A stretch of 64,000 nt of DNA from Prevotella sp. (GCA_017619275.1 JAFZSR010000090.1:6945-70944); one strand, 5' to 3'. Shown: positions 28,316 to 38,752, counted from the first letter of the stretch. The notes: generated by a model not told the origin, from the sequence alone. Numbers and translations are program-made.

Positions 28316-29534
28316 GATGTATCAAAACGACCTTTCGCAGGTGCTTGTAGAAAAGCATGGCTATACGAAGCGCAAGGCGCAAGCCTTCGTAAGCTCCATC
28401 GTGAACGTGATACAAGAAGGTTTGGAGCGCGACCAGATGGTGAAAATCAAAGGACTGGGCACCTTCAAGATTGTAGACGTGAGCGCACGGGAGAGCGTCA
28501 ATGTGAACACGGGCGAGCGGCTTGTCATCGAAGGACATTCTAAACTATCCTTCCTCCCTGACAATGCCATGAAGGAACTCGTGAACCGGCCGTTCTCACA
28601 GTTTGAAACGGTGATATTGAACGATGGCGTGGTGTTCAACGATATTGAAGAGGCAGTCGATGAGGAGAGCGTTGCTTCCATTGTGGAAGAGGAACCATCT
28701 ATCGTCGTTGACGAAGAGGAACCCGTAACCCTTCTTATGGAGGAAAAGCTTGAACCTGTGGAGGAGGAAGATATCGAGACCGTGGTGGAGGAAGAACCTG
28801 TTTCTGCTCCTGTGATAGAGGAAGAACCAGCCCCCATTGTGGAGGAAGAGCCTACACCCGTGATTGAGGAAGAACCAGAACCTGTTGTGGCAGAAGAACC
28901 TGTTTCTGCTCCCGTGGTGGAGGAAGAGCCAGCGCACGTAGTAGTGGAAGAGCCTGCACCCGTGATAGAGGAAGAGGTTCATCGTTTTGCTTCAAGTGAA
29001 GTGGAAAAGCCGAGCTCATCGTTCAATTTAAAGTGGCTCCTTGCCTTGCTGTTGTCGTTGGCGGTAGGTTTTGTCGTTGGTTATCTGGTGGGCAAATCGT
29101 CGCAACTAACCACGACGGTCCCGATGGCTCCAGAGACTACAGCTGCTCCTCTTGCGCCAACCGAGGAGGATTCGACTGACTCCTTAGCCGTCACTGAAAC
29201 TGTGGCAACTCCCAGTCCCTCAGAGACTGCCGTGGAGGCTACCCCCGAAGACACGCAGCCCGAATGGGAGCGCTACAACCAGATGCATCCTCGCACTCGC
29301 GATGGTTACTACTACATTATGGGCTTCGACCGCATAGAGGTGGCTCGCCAGGGCGACAACGCCAGGCGAATTGCCAGCAGAATACTGGGAGGTGCCGACA
29401 TGAGCTGTTATATCGAGGTTTATAACGGCATCGATGCCACCACCGAGTTGGAAGCCGGTACGGAAGTGAAGATTCCAAAGCTGGAACCCAAGAAAACAGT
29501 GAGAAGAAGATTACAACAACAAAACAAACAATAA
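28308..29534 (+). CDS. HU/IHF-domain protein with acidic repeat linker, TM helix and extracytoplasmic C-terminal domain
   Basis: N-terminal VKIKGLGTFK...NVNTGE...LSFLPD, then EEEP repeats, TM WLLALLLSLAVGFVVGYLVG and a LysM-like end (IEVYNGI...LEAGTEVKIP). Confidence 0.85.
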   Translation: MAKMYQNDLSQVLVEKHGYTKRKAQAFVSSIVNVIQEGLERDQMVKIKGLGTFKIVDVSARESVNVNTGERLVIEGHSKLSFLPDNAMKELVNRPFSQFETVILNDGVVFNDIEEAVDEESVASIVEEEPSIVVDEEEPVTLLMEEKLEPVEEEDIETVVEEEPVSAPVIEEEPAPIVEEEPTPVIEEEPEPVVAEEPVSAPVVEEEPAHVVVEEPAPVIEEEVHRFASSEVEKPSSSFNLKWLLALLLSLAVGFVVGYLVGKSSQLTTTVPMAPETTAAPLAPTEEDSTDSLAVTETVATPSPSETAVEATPEDTQPEWERYNQMHPRTRDGYYYIMGFDRIEVARQGDNARRIASRILGGADMSCYIEVYNGIDATTELEAGTEVKIPKLEPKKTVRRRLQQQNKQ

Positions 29535-29541
29535 AATAGTC

Positions 29542-30540
29542 ATGGCAGAAAATATTGATATTCGCGAACTAAACATCAGAATCGAACAGCAAAGCTCGTT
29601 CCTTACGAACCTCACAACGGGGATGGACCGTGTCATTGTGGGACAGAAACACCTGGTGGACTCGCTGCTCATCGGCTTGCTCAGCGACGGCAACATCTTG
29701 CTCGAAGGCGTGCCGGGATTGGCCAAGACGCTGGCCATCAACACCCTGTCGAAACTCATCGACGCCAGTTTCAGCCGAATACAATTCACCCCCGACCTGC
29801 TGCCCGCCGACGTCACGGGTACGATGATTTATTCGCAGAAGGACGAAAAGTTCTTGGTGAAGAAAGGCCCGGTGTTTGCCAACTTCGTGCTGGCCGACGA
29901 AATCAACCGTGCCCCGGCAAAGGTGCAGAGCGCATTGCTCGAAGCCATGCAAGAAAAGCAGGTCACCATCGGCAGCGATACTTTCGACCTGCCAGCCCCC
30001 TTCATGGTGATGGCCACGCAGAACCCCATCGAGCAGGAGGGCACCTATCCGCTTCCTGAGGCTCAGATGGACCGCTTCATGCTGAAGGTGGTCATTGGCT
30101 ATCCCACGCTGGATGAAGAGAAGAAAATCATACGTGAGAACATTGCTAGCGAAGGACTACCACAGGTGAAACCCGTCACCACCGTCGACGAGATTCTGCG
30201 TGCCCGCAAAGTGGTGAACGAGGTATATCTCGACGAGAAGATAGAGCAGTATGTGGCCGACATTGTCTTCGCCACCCGCTATCCTGAACGCTATGGTCTG
30301 AAGGAGCTGAAGGAGATGATTGCCTTTGGTGGCTCGCCCCGTGCCAGCATCAACCTGGCCAAGGCTGCTCGTGCCTTCGCCTTCATCAAGCGTCGCGGCT
30401 ATGTGGTGCCCGAGGATGTGCGCGCCATCGCCCACGACGTGCTACGCCATCGCATCGGCCTTACCTACGAGGCCGAAGCCAGCAATATCAGCAGCGAGGA
30501 AATCATCTCGAAGATTATCAACAAGGTGGAGGTTCCCTGA
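29542..30540 (+). CDS. moxR: MoxR family AAA+ ATPase
   Basis: GVPGLAKT, RIQFTPDLLPAD, DEINRAPAKVQSALLEAM and ATQNPIEQEGTYPLPEAQMDRF. Confidence 0.95.
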   Translation: MAENIDIRELNIRIEQQSSFLTNLTTGMDRVIVGQKHLVDSLLIGLLSDGNILLEGVPGLAKTLAINTLSKLIDASFSRIQFTPDLLPADVTGTMIYSQKDEKFLVKKGPVFANFVLADEINRAPAKVQSALLEAMQEKQVTIGSDTFDLPAPFMVMATQNPIEQEGTYPLPEAQMDRFMLKVVIGYPTLDEEKKIIRENIASEGLPQVKPVTTVDEILRARKVVNEVYLDEKIEQYVADIVFATRYPERYGLKELKEMIAFGGSPRASINLAKAARAFAFIKRRGYVVPEDVRAIAHDVLRHRIGLTYEAEASNISSEEIISKIINKVEVP

Positions 30541-30542
30541 TT

Positions 30543-30620
30543 CTAGAGCAACTAGCAACTCTAGAAAGACTAGATAAACTAGAAATACTAGAATAACTAG
30601 AAAGACTAGAAAGGCTAGAA
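30543..30620. repeat. 9-bp tandem repeat (CTAGnnnnn x9)
   Basis: CTAG starts at 30543, 30552, 30561, 30570, 30579, 30588, 30597, 30606 and 30615. Confidence 0.9.
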
Positions 30621-30624
30621 AACG

Positions 30625-31500
30625 ATGGAAACAAGCGAAATACTGAAGAAGGTAAGGAAGATTGAAATCAAGACCCGTGGTCTTAGTTCCAACATCTTTG
30701 CGGGCCAGTATCACACGGCCTTCAAGGGTCGTGGTATGGCCTTCAGCGAGGTGCGCGAGTATCAGTATGGCGACGATGTACGCGATATTGACTGGAACGT
30801 CACCGCGCGCTTCAACCGCCCTTACGTGAAGGTGTTTGAGGAGGAACGCGAACTCACCGTGATGCTGGCCATCGATGTGAGCGGCTCACTCGACTTTGGT
30901 ACACGCCAGCAGATGAAGCGCGATATGGCCACGGAGATTGCCGCCACACTGGCCTTCTCGGCCATTGAGAACAACGACAAGATTGGCGTGGTGTTCTTCT
31001 CCGACAAGATTGAGAAGTACATTCCTCCCAAGAAGGGACGAAAGCACATCCTCTATATCATCCGCGAGATGCTCGACTTCCATCCCGAGAGCCGTCGCAC
31101 CGATGTGGCCATGGCCTTGGAGTTCCTCACCAGCGTGTCGAAGCGCCGGTGCACGGCCTTTGTGCTCAGCGACTTCTACGTGCGCCAGGACTTCTTGCAA
31201 CAGCTCACTATTGCCAACCGTAAGCATGATGTGTGCGCCATACAGGTGTACGACCGCCGTGCCACCGAGCTGCCCAACATTGGACTGATGAAGGTGGTGG
31301 ATGCCGAGACGGGATACGAGCAATATGTAGACACCAGTAGTCGGGCCGTGCGTAATGCTTGGAGCCAGCATTGGAACAACCGCCAGCGCGATTTGAAGGA
31401 GGCCTTTGCCAAGAGCGGAGTGGACAACGTGAGCATAGCAACCGACGACGACTACGTGAAGCAACTGCTCCTGCTTTTCAATAGAAGAGGAAGAAAGTGA
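30625..31500 (+). CDS. DUF58 domain protein (MoxR-associated)
   Basis: GRGMAFSEVREYQYGDDVRDIDWNVTAR and DVSGS. Confidence 0.92.
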   Translation: METSEILKKVRKIEIKTRGLSSNIFAGQYHTAFKGRGMAFSEVREYQYGDDVRDIDWNVTARFNRPYVKVFEEERELTVMLAIDVSGSLDFGTRQQMKRDMATEIAATLAFSAIENNDKIGVVFFSDKIEKYIPPKKGRKHILYIIREMLDFHPESRRTDVAMALEFLTSVSKRRCTAFVLSDFYVRQDFLQQLTIANRKHDVCAIQVYDRRATELPNIGLMKVVDAETGYEQYVDTSSRAVRNAWSQHWNNRQRDLKEAFAKSGVDNVSIATDDDYVKQLLLLFNRRGRK

Positions 31501-31509
31501 TAAGGAAAA

Positions 31510-32628
31510 GTGAATACAATGAGATACAAAAGCCAAAGGAAGATGAAAATGACATGGATGGTGAAGGTGCTCCTTGCACTTGTCGCCTATCACTCATCAC
31601 TCATCACTACGATGGCACAGAGCGTAGAGTCGAAAATCAGCTCCTTGGAGATGCTGGTGGGCGAACAGGTGGCCATCACGGTCACGGCTCATGCCAAGGA
31701 CACGGCTCGCGTTGACTTTCCTCGTGCGCTTTTGATGCCCAGCGGCATTGAGGTGCTGGAGGCCATTGAGGAGCCCGCCGTGGAAGAACCGAATGGAATG
31801 ATGCGCCATCAGGTGAACTATATCCTGACCTCGTTCAACGATACGGTCTATCCTTTGCCGCCCATTCCTGTCCGCATCAGCGGAAAAGAATATCCCACCC
31901 GCCAACTGGCATTGCAAGTCTACACCGTTGATGTTGACACCACCAATTTCGAGAAATACTACGGTCCGAAGGATGTGCAGGAATTGCCGATGAGCTGGAA
32001 AGACGATGAGTGGGGCAAAGCCTTGACCATGAGCTTCGTGGCCGTGGCGTTGCTATTGCTCACGCTTTGGATCTTCTCGCGGCTTAGGAGCAACAAGCCC
32101 ATCATCGCTCGCATCAGGATTATCAAGCGCATGCCGCCTCATCAAAAGGCCATGAAGGCCATCGACGAGATAAAAGCCGAGAAGATGGTGAGCGACGAGA
32201 ACCCGAAGGAATACTATACCCGACTGACCGACACCCTTCGCCAGTATATCAACGAGCGCTACGGCTTCAACGCGATGGAGATGACCAGTAGTGAGATTAT
32301 TGAGCGCTTGATGCAGACCGACGACCCCAAGTCGCTCGACGAGCTCAGGCAACTCTTTACTACGGCCGACCTGGTGAAATTTGCCAAGTACTCTACGCTC
32401 ATTAATGAGAATGATGCGAACTTGGTGAGCGCCATCGACTTCATCAATCAGACGAAGCAGGAGAACGTTCCAACCGAGGAGATTGTGAAGCCAGAACTCA
32501 CCCAAGAGCAACAACAAAGCCGCAAACTTCGCAAAGTGCTGATGATAGCCGTGATCGTGAGTGCCGTGCTGGCTTTAGCCGTTCTGGGCTATGTTGGATG
32601 GTTTGTCTATGATTTATTGATGTATTAA
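31510..32628 (+). CDS. Conserved membrane protein of the bat operon
   Basis: Signal peptide, Ig-like region, two TM helices and ADLVKFAK motif, located between DUF58 and batA. The start may be a later ATG. Confidence 0.8.
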   Translation: MNTMRYKSQRKMKMTWMVKVLLALVAYHSSLITTMAQSVESKISSLEMLVGEQVAITVTAHAKDTARVDFPRALLMPSGIEVLEAIEEPAVEEPNGMMRHQVNYILTSFNDTVYPLPPIPVRISGKEYPTRQLALQVYTVDVDTTNFEKYYGPKDVQELPMSWKDDEWGKALTMSFVAVALLLLTLWIFSRLRSNKPIIARIRIIKRMPPHQKAMKAIDEIKAEKMVSDENPKEYYTRLTDTLRQYINERYGFNAMEMTSSEIIERLMQTDDPKSLDELRQLFTTADLVKFAKYSTLINENDANLVSAIDFINQTKQENVPTEEIVKPELTQEQQQSRKLRKVLMIAVIVSAVLALAVLGYVGWFVYDLLMY

Positions 32629-32631
32629 GAA

Positions 32632-33633
32632 ATGGACTTCGAATTTGCCAATAAAGAATATCTATTCCTATTGCTGCTCATCATACCTTATATATTATGG
32701 TATGTGATTTGGCGCAAGAAGACCGAGCCGACCATTCGCATGGCCGATACCTTCGCCCTGAAGCGCGCCCAGCGCACTTGGCGTGTGAGGTTAATGCCCA
32801 TCCAGGCTTTCTTGCGCATCGTGGCCTTTACCTTGCTGGTGCTGGCCATGGCAAGGCCTCAGACCCATAACTCATGGGAGGAGCAGACCATCGAAGGAAT
32901 AGACATCATGCTGGCCATTGACGTGTCGTCGTCGATGCTCTCCGAAGATATCGAACCCAACCGCATTGAGGCTGCAAAGAAGGTGGCCGCCGAGTTCATC
33001 AGCGACCGTGGAAACGATAACATCGGACTGACGGTCTTTGCCGGAGAGGCTTTCACCCAATGCCCTATGACCATTGACCATTCGTCACTGCTTTCTTTAC
33101 TTCAACATTCAAGCGATTATGTGGGGAGCGGAGCCATCATCGACATGACCGCCATCGGCATGGGACTCACCAACGCCGTGAGCCGATTGAAGGACTCAAA
33201 AGCCAAGAGCCGTGTGGTGATCCTCCTTACCGATGGAAGCAACAACTATGGAGAGATTTCGCCGCTCACGGCCGCCGACATGGCACGCTCGCTTGGCATT
33301 CGCATCTATACCATTGGCGTGGGAGCCGACGGCTCGGCCATGCGCCCCATGACCATTGGCGGCACCGTGCAACATCTCTATCTGCCCAACGACATCGACG
33401 AGGAGACCCTGCGCAAGATTGCCCAAGCCACCAACGGACGCTACTATCGAGCCACGAACGCCGAGGAATTGAGGCAGATATATAACGACATCGACAAGCT
33501 GGAGAAATCGAAGCTCGACGTTCAACGCTATAGCAAAGTACGCGATGTCTACCAGTACCTGGTGCTGGGGGCTATCATTGCGCTTTTGCTCGAAATCCTG
33601 CTCAGAATAACCATCTTTAGGAGGATACCGTAA
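32632..33633 (+). CDS. batA: BatA, VWA domain protein
   Basis: N-terminal TM, LARPQ-like MARPQ, MIDAS DVSSSM and LLTDG. Confidence 0.9.
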   Translation: MDFEFANKEYLFLLLLIIPYILWYVIWRKKTEPTIRMADTFALKRAQRTWRVRLMPIQAFLRIVAFTLLVLAMARPQTHNSWEEQTIEGIDIMLAIDVSSSMLSEDIEPNRIEAAKKVAAEFISDRGNDNIGLTVFAGEAFTQCPMTIDHSSLLSLLQHSSDYVGSGAIIDMTAIGMGLTNAVSRLKDSKAKSRVVILLTDGSNNYGEISPLTAADMARSLGIRIYTIGVGADGSAMRPMTIGGTVQHLYLPNDIDEETLRKIAQATNGRYYRATNAEELRQIYNDIDKLEKSKLDVQRYSKVRDVYQYLVLGAIIALLLEILLRITIFRRIP

Positions 33634-34664
33634 TGTTCAGATTTGAAGACCCGCAATATCTCTACCTGCTTGCAATCGTGGCATTGCTGGCACTCATACG
33701 CTTTCTCACCTACCGCAATCAAAAGAAGCTTTTGCGCAAGTTCGGCGACCCTGAACTGGTGAGCCAGCTCATGCCCTTGGTTTCCCGTTGGCGTCCTGGC
33801 GTGAAGTTCTGGCTATTGGAAGGAGCCTTGGCATTGCTCATCGTGATGCTTGCCCGTCCGCAATTTGGCAAGAGCATCAGCCAGAAACAAAAGGCGGGCA
33901 TTGAGGCCATCATCGCCATCGACGTGAGCAACTCGATGCTCGCCGTGGATAAGGCCAGCGATGGCGAATTGAGTCGCATGCAACGTGCGAAGATGATTGT
34001 GACGAAGCTCATCGACAAGTTTAGCAACGACCGTATTGGACTGGTGGTCTTCGCCGGTGATGCTTTTATTCAATTGCCCATCACAAGCGATTTCGTATCG
34101 GCGAAGATGTTCCTCAATAGCATTGCCCCCTCGATGATTCGGAATCAAGGCACCGACGTGGCGGCCGCCATCCGCACGGCCAGCCATTGCTTCACCCAGC
34201 GCGAGCATGTGGGCAAGGCCATTATCATCATAACCGATGGCGAGGACCATGAGGGCGAGGCCGTGGAGGCCGCTCGTCTTGCACATGAAGAGGAGGGACG
34301 CAACGTGTATGTGCTGGGCATTGGTTCGGCGAAGGGCGCCCTGGTGCCTAATCCCAACGGAAACGGCTATATGATAGACAACACCGGTCAACAGGTGATG
34401 TCGAGATTGAACGAGCAGATGTGTGCCGATGTGGCCAAAGCTGGTGGAGGCGCTTATATCCATGTGGAGAACAACAATACGGCGCAAAAGCAATTGGAGG
34501 ACGCCCTCGACAAGCTGGAGAAGGCCGAGTCGACGCAATATAGCGATTTCGACGAGCAATTCCAGGCCGTGGGCTTGCTCGCACTCTTGCTCCTCATCAT
34601 CGAGGTCATCATCCTCGACCGTCAGAATCCTGCTATCAGGAAATTAAAACTCTTCAAGCGATGA
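33633..34664 (+). CDS. batB: BatB, VWA domain protein
   Basis: LARPQFG, DVSNSM and ITDGEDHEG. Confidence 0.9.
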   Translation: MFRFEDPQYLYLLAIVALLALIRFLTYRNQKKLLRKFGDPELVSQLMPLVSRWRPGVKFWLLEGALALLIVMLARPQFGKSISQKQKAGIEAIIAIDVSNSMLAVDKASDGELSRMQRAKMIVTKLIDKFSNDRIGLVVFAGDAFIQLPITSDFVSAKMFLNSIAPSMIRNQGTDVAAAIRTASHCFTQREHVGKAIIIITDGEDHEGEAVEAARLAHEEEGRNVYVLGIGSAKGALVPNPNGNGYMIDNTGQQVMSRLNEQMCADVAKAGGGAYIHVENNNTAQKQLEDALDKLEKAESTQYSDFDEQFQAVGLLALLLLIIEVIILDRQNPAIRKLKLFKR

Positions 34665-35407
34665 AACGATTCTACCTCATATTGAGCCTAATAGCCCTGT
34701 TGGGTTCTGCCTCTGTTCAAGCACAAAGCGTGAAGGACGTTCGACGCCATGTGAAGCGAGGAAACCGCATGATGCACACGGGGCAACGCGACAAGGCCTA
34801 CGAGCAATACCGCAAGGCTTTCGAGATAGATAGCACCAATGTGCTCGTGGACTACAATCTGGCCACTTCGATGTTTCCCAACGAGTGGAAGATTATGAAG
34901 ACCGACGCCCGTCGCGACTCGGTGATGGCGGGTCTCTTTCTCCATGCCGGTGATGCTGAGGAAAACCCGATACGCCGTTCCATGGCCTATCATAACGTGG
35001 GCGTGATGCACCAGATAAGGGCCAACCAGAGCGGCGATGACCAGCAAAAGTACCAACAATTGCAACAAGCCATCGAGGCCTACAAGCAAGCCCTTCGCCA
35101 GAATCCTCGTGACGATGAGGCACGCTATAACCTGGTGCTGTGTCAACGGCAATTGCCAAAGGGTGCTGGACAAGGCCAGCAGAATCAGAATGGCGACCAG
35201 CAGAAGAAGGAGGAGAAAGAGCAGGAGCAAAAGCAAGACCAACAACCACAAAACCAGCAGCAACAACAACAAGAGCAACAAAACCAGGAATGGATAGAGC
35301 AGATGCTCAATGCCGCCGAGCAACGTGAGAAGCAGACCCGGAAGAACATTGACGAGCGCATGCAAAACCAATCGAAGCGTCGCCAACAAAACGAGAAGAA
35401 CTGGTGA
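34661..35407 (+). CDS. batC: BatC, TPR protein with Gln-rich linker
   Basis: TPR motifs (AIEAYKQALRQNPRDDEARYNL), Q-rich tract and C-terminal EKNW. Confidence 0.88.
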   Translation: MKRFYLILSLIALLGSASVQAQSVKDVRRHVKRGNRMMHTGQRDKAYEQYRKAFEIDSTNVLVDYNLATSMFPNEWKIMKTDARRDSVMAGLFLHAGDAEENPIRRSMAYHNVGVMHQIRANQSGDDQQKYQQLQQAIEAYKQALRQNPRDDEARYNLVLCQRQLPKGAGQGQQNQNGDQQKKEEKEQEQKQDQQPQNQQQQQQEQQNQEWIEQMLNAAEQREKQTRKNIDERMQNQSKRRQQNEKNW

Positions 35408-35430
35408 TGCTCTTAATGAAAAGATGATAA

Positions 35431-38037
35431 ATGAGAATTGATAAAGACGATATAGCGGATATGCGCAACATTTGGACTACAATGACGAAAGGACGATGGT
35501 GGATGATAGTACTGTCATTCGTCGTCTGTCATTTGTCGTTTTCCCGCGTGGCGGCGCAAACCTATACCCTTACGGGCGAGGTGGAGCCAGTGGTGCACGT
35601 GGGCGAGAATTTCAAGCTTCGCTATGTGCTCAACACCACCGATGCCAGCAACTTCCGATTAGGCTCAATCCCCGAAGCCCTCGACGTGCTGATTGGCCCC
35701 AACCAGTCGACCAGCATCAGCACGGTCATCGTGAACGGGAGTGCCAAGACCACTCAGACCCTCACACTCACCTACGTGCTCTCGGCCAGCAAGACGGGAA
35801 AGTTCACCATCCCCGCTGCGAGCGTGAAGACCCATGGCGAGACCATCAGCTCGCAACCCCTCACCGTGCAGGTTATCGCCTCCAACGAGCAACAGGGGGT
35901 CGTTGGAGGACGTTCCTCTTCGCCCCAGGGGGGAGAGTTTTTCATCTCCGTCATCCCCAGCAAGCGGCGCGTGGCCGAGTACGAGCCTTTCCTGCTCACC
36001 TATAAAGTGTGTTGGCACCCCGACGTGCCCGTCATCAACCTCGATGGCATCAACTTGGAGTTGCAAAACGTTTATATGCAACCCTATAACGACACCCAGC
36101 AGAAAACCAAGAAGGTGGAGACCATCAATGGGCGCGTGCTGGTGACCGTCGATTGGCAACAATATGTGGTCTATCCCCAGAAGGCGGGCAAGCTCCAGAT
36201 ACCTGCCCAGAAGATGAAGGGCTACGTGCGCGAGGATTTGCCCTACGACCCCTTCGACCCCTTTACGCGTGGCTATCGCGAGGTGGCGAGGATGCTCACC
36301 GCCCCTGCCGTCGACATTCAGGTGGATGAGCTTGCCGACAAGCCCGCCGACTTCTCGGGAGGGGTGGGGCGCTTCGACATCAGTGCCGAGATAGACAAGA
36401 ACCAAGTGAAGGAGAATACCCCCGTGACCATCTCGGTGAAGGTGACGGGCCGAGGCAACCTGAACATGCTCAAGGAGCCTATCGTGACCTTCCCGCGAGG
36501 TTTCGACACCTACGACACCAAACAGAACGACGACTTCAAACTCACCTCTGAGGGCTTGAACGGAAGCGTGAGCTATGAGTTCGTCGCCGTCCCGCAGCGC
36601 AAGGGCACATTCACCATTCCTCCCGCCCGGCTCTCCTATTACGACCTGGGGAGCCATTCCTATCGCACGGTTCAGACCGACTCGTTCCGCTTGGAGGTAC
36701 TCAAGGGCGATGGCACCACCTCGTCTGTCCATGATTATTCGGGCGTTGAGACCACCGACAAGGGCGACATCCACCCCATCAAGATGGGCGTCGACAAGTC
36801 GGCTCAGCAGGGCACCACATTCTTCGCCTCCAAGACCTACTTCATCCTGATTGCCCTCCTCGTCGTGCTTTTCATCGTGTTGTTCGTGGCCCTGCGCATA
36901 CGTTCCAGCCAGCAGGCCGACGTGGTGAAGGCGAAGGGAAGGAGAGCCAACAAGGTGGCCGTGAGGAAGCTCCGCAAGGCCGCCAAGCTGATGCGCGAGA
37001 ACAAGCCTGGTGAGTTCTACGACGAGACTCTGCGTGCCCTCTGGGGCTATGTGGGCGACAAGCTGAACATCCCCGTGAGCCAGCTATCGCGTCAGAACAT
37101 CAGCGAGAAGCTGGCGGAGCGAGGCGTCGACGAGCAAGTCACCACCCGCTTCATCGAGGCCATCGACGAGTGCGAGTTTGTGCGCTATGCCCCCGGCGAT
37201 CCCCAAGGCAATATGAACAAGGTCTACGAACTATCCATTACGGCCATCGAGCAGATTGAGAACGTGAAGCACAAAGTGAAGGGCAAGCACGCCGAGCGGG
37301 CGATGATGCTCGTGATGGGCTTGATGCTGGCATCGACGTCGTTGAGTGCCGCATCCACGCCCACGAAGATGCAGGCCGACGAGGCCTACAACAACGAGGA
37401 GTATGAAGAGGCCATCGACATGTACACCCAGTTGCCCGCGAGTGCTGATGTGTACTACAACTTGGGCAATGCTTACTTCCGCCTTGATAGCATGGCGCGC
37501 GCCATCTTGTGCTACGAGCGCGCCCTCCAGTTGCAACCCTCCGACGACGACATCCGCTTCAACCTCCAGCTGGCCCGTTCCAAGACCGATGACAAGATTG
37601 TGCCCGAGCGCGAGATGTTCTTCGTCACCTGGTATCGCTCGTTGGTGACGCTCGTCGGCACCGACACATGGGCCTACATGGCCTTGATATCATTGGCTCT
37701 CGCCGTGGTGTTGCTCCTTGTCTATTTCTTCGCCTTCGAGGAACGCACGCGCCGCCTCACGTTCTTTGGGGCGGTGTTCACGTTGGCGCTTTTCCTCCTT
37801 GGAAATCTCTTCGCTTGGCATCAGGAGCGGATGCTCCATAGCCACGATGCCGCCATCGTGATGCCGGCCTCTACATCGGTGAAGAACATCCCCTCGGCCG
37901 ATGGAACCGATGAATTTACGCTCCATGCGGGCACGAAGGTGAACATCACCGACGACACGATGACCGATTGGAAGCAGATACACCTCTCGGATGGACGCGA
38001 GGGATGGATAGAGGCTAAGGCCATTGAATTGATTTGA
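35431..38037 (+). CDS. batD: BatD-BatE fusion protein
   Basis: BatD repeats (FSGGVGRF, GRGNLNML), then an internal hydrophobic segment, TPR (YYNLGNAYFR, AILCYERAL), two TMs and an SH3-like end (LHAGTKV...DGREGWI). Confidence 0.85.
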   Translation: MRIDKDDIADMRNIWTTMTKGRWWMIVLSFVVCHLSFSRVAAQTYTLTGEVEPVVHVGENFKLRYVLNTTDASNFRLGSIPEALDVLIGPNQSTSISTVIVNGSAKTTQTLTLTYVLSASKTGKFTIPAASVKTHGETISSQPLTVQVIASNEQQGVVGGRSSSPQGGEFFISVIPSKRRVAEYEPFLLTYKVCWHPDVPVINLDGINLELQNVYMQPYNDTQQKTKKVETINGRVLVTVDWQQYVVYPQKAGKLQIPAQKMKGYVREDLPYDPFDPFTRGYREVARMLTAPAVDIQVDELADKPADFSGGVGRFDISAEIDKNQVKENTPVTISVKVTGRGNLNMLKEPIVTFPRGFDTYDTKQNDDFKLTSEGLNGSVSYEFVAVPQRKGTFTIPPARLSYYDLGSHSYRTVQTDSFRLEVLKGDGTTSSVHDYSGVETTDKGDIHPIKMGVDKSAQQGTTFFASKTYFILIALLVVLFIVLFVALRIRSSQQADVVKAKGRRANKVAVRKLRKAAKLMRENKPGEFYDETLRALWGYVGDKLNIPVSQLSRQNISEKLAERGVDEQVTTRFIEAIDECEFVRYAPGDPQGNMNKVYELSITAIEQIENVKHKVKGKHAERAMMLVMGLMLASTSLSAASTPTKMQADEAYNNEEYEEAIDMYTQLPASADVYYNLGNAYFRLDSMARAILCYERALQLQPSDDDIRFNLQLARSKTDDKIVPEREMFFVTWYRSLVTLVGTDTWAYMALISLALAVVLLLVYFFAFEERTRRLTFFGAVFTLALFLLGNLFAWHQERMLHSHDAAIVMPASTSVKNIPSADGTDEFTLHAGTKVNITDDTMTDWKQIHLSDGREGWIEAKAIELI

Positions 38038-38059
38038 ACCACGCTAAACACTCAGTATC

Positions 38060-38752
38060 TTGGACTGGATAGCACTCGACAAGCAATGGTTGCTGGCACT
38101 CAACGGGAGCCAGTCGCTCTTCCTCGACTCGTTGATGAAGACGCTCACCACCGCCACCACGTGGATTCCGCTCTATGTGGCACTCATCTATCTGGTCATC
38201 AAGAACTCTAACGACGCCCGCAAGGTGGTGCTCACCATTGGGTGCGCGCTCTTGTGCGTATTTCTGGCGGGAAGTCTCGACGACATGGTGGTGAAACCCT
38301 TAGTGGCCCGCTGGCGACCTGCCCGCGACCCCGAAATAGGCATCCTTGTCGACATCGTGAATGGCTATCGTGGCGGACGTTTCGGATTCTTCTCGGCCCA
38401 TGCCGCCAACACCTTCAGCCTGGCCGTCTTCTTGTCGCTGGTCATCCGTAGCCGCTTGATGACGACGGCCTTGGTCGCTTGGTCGCTTTTGAATTGCTGG
38501 ACGCGCATTTATCTGGGCGTACACTATCCGGGCGACATCCTCGTGGGCCTGCTTTGGGGAGGAGCCGTGGGCACGGGCGTGTGGTATTTGTATGGCAAGT
38601 TGATGAACAAGACCGAGGAAGCTGTGCCTTTCGTGTCGACGCACTACACTCAGACGGGCTATCAATACCAGCACATCGACGTGGTGGTGTCCGTGCTCGT
38701 CTTCACCTTGGTCTATGCCATTATGAAGGCCACCTTCTCCATCTACATCTGA
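38060..38752 (+). CDS. PAP2 family phosphatase
   Basis: K.LVARWRP, FFSAHAAN and RIYLGVHYPGD motifs. TTG start. Confidence 0.9.
   Translation: MDWIALDKQWLLALNGSQSLFLDSLMKTLTTATTWIPLYVALIYLVIKNSNDARKVVLTIGCALLCVFLAGSLDDMVVKPLVARWRPARDPEIGILVDIVNGYRGGRFGFFSAHAANTFSLAVFLSLVIRSRLMTTALVAWSLLNCWTRIYLGVHYPGDILVGLLWGGAVGTGVWYLYGKLMNKTEEAVPFVSTHYTQTGYQYQHIDVVVSVLVFTLVYAIMKATFSIYI

Noticed and set aside
35890-35940. G/C-rich stretch in batD as another inserted palindrome
   Set aside because: No convincing inverted arms, and the linker is not evidently longer than expected.
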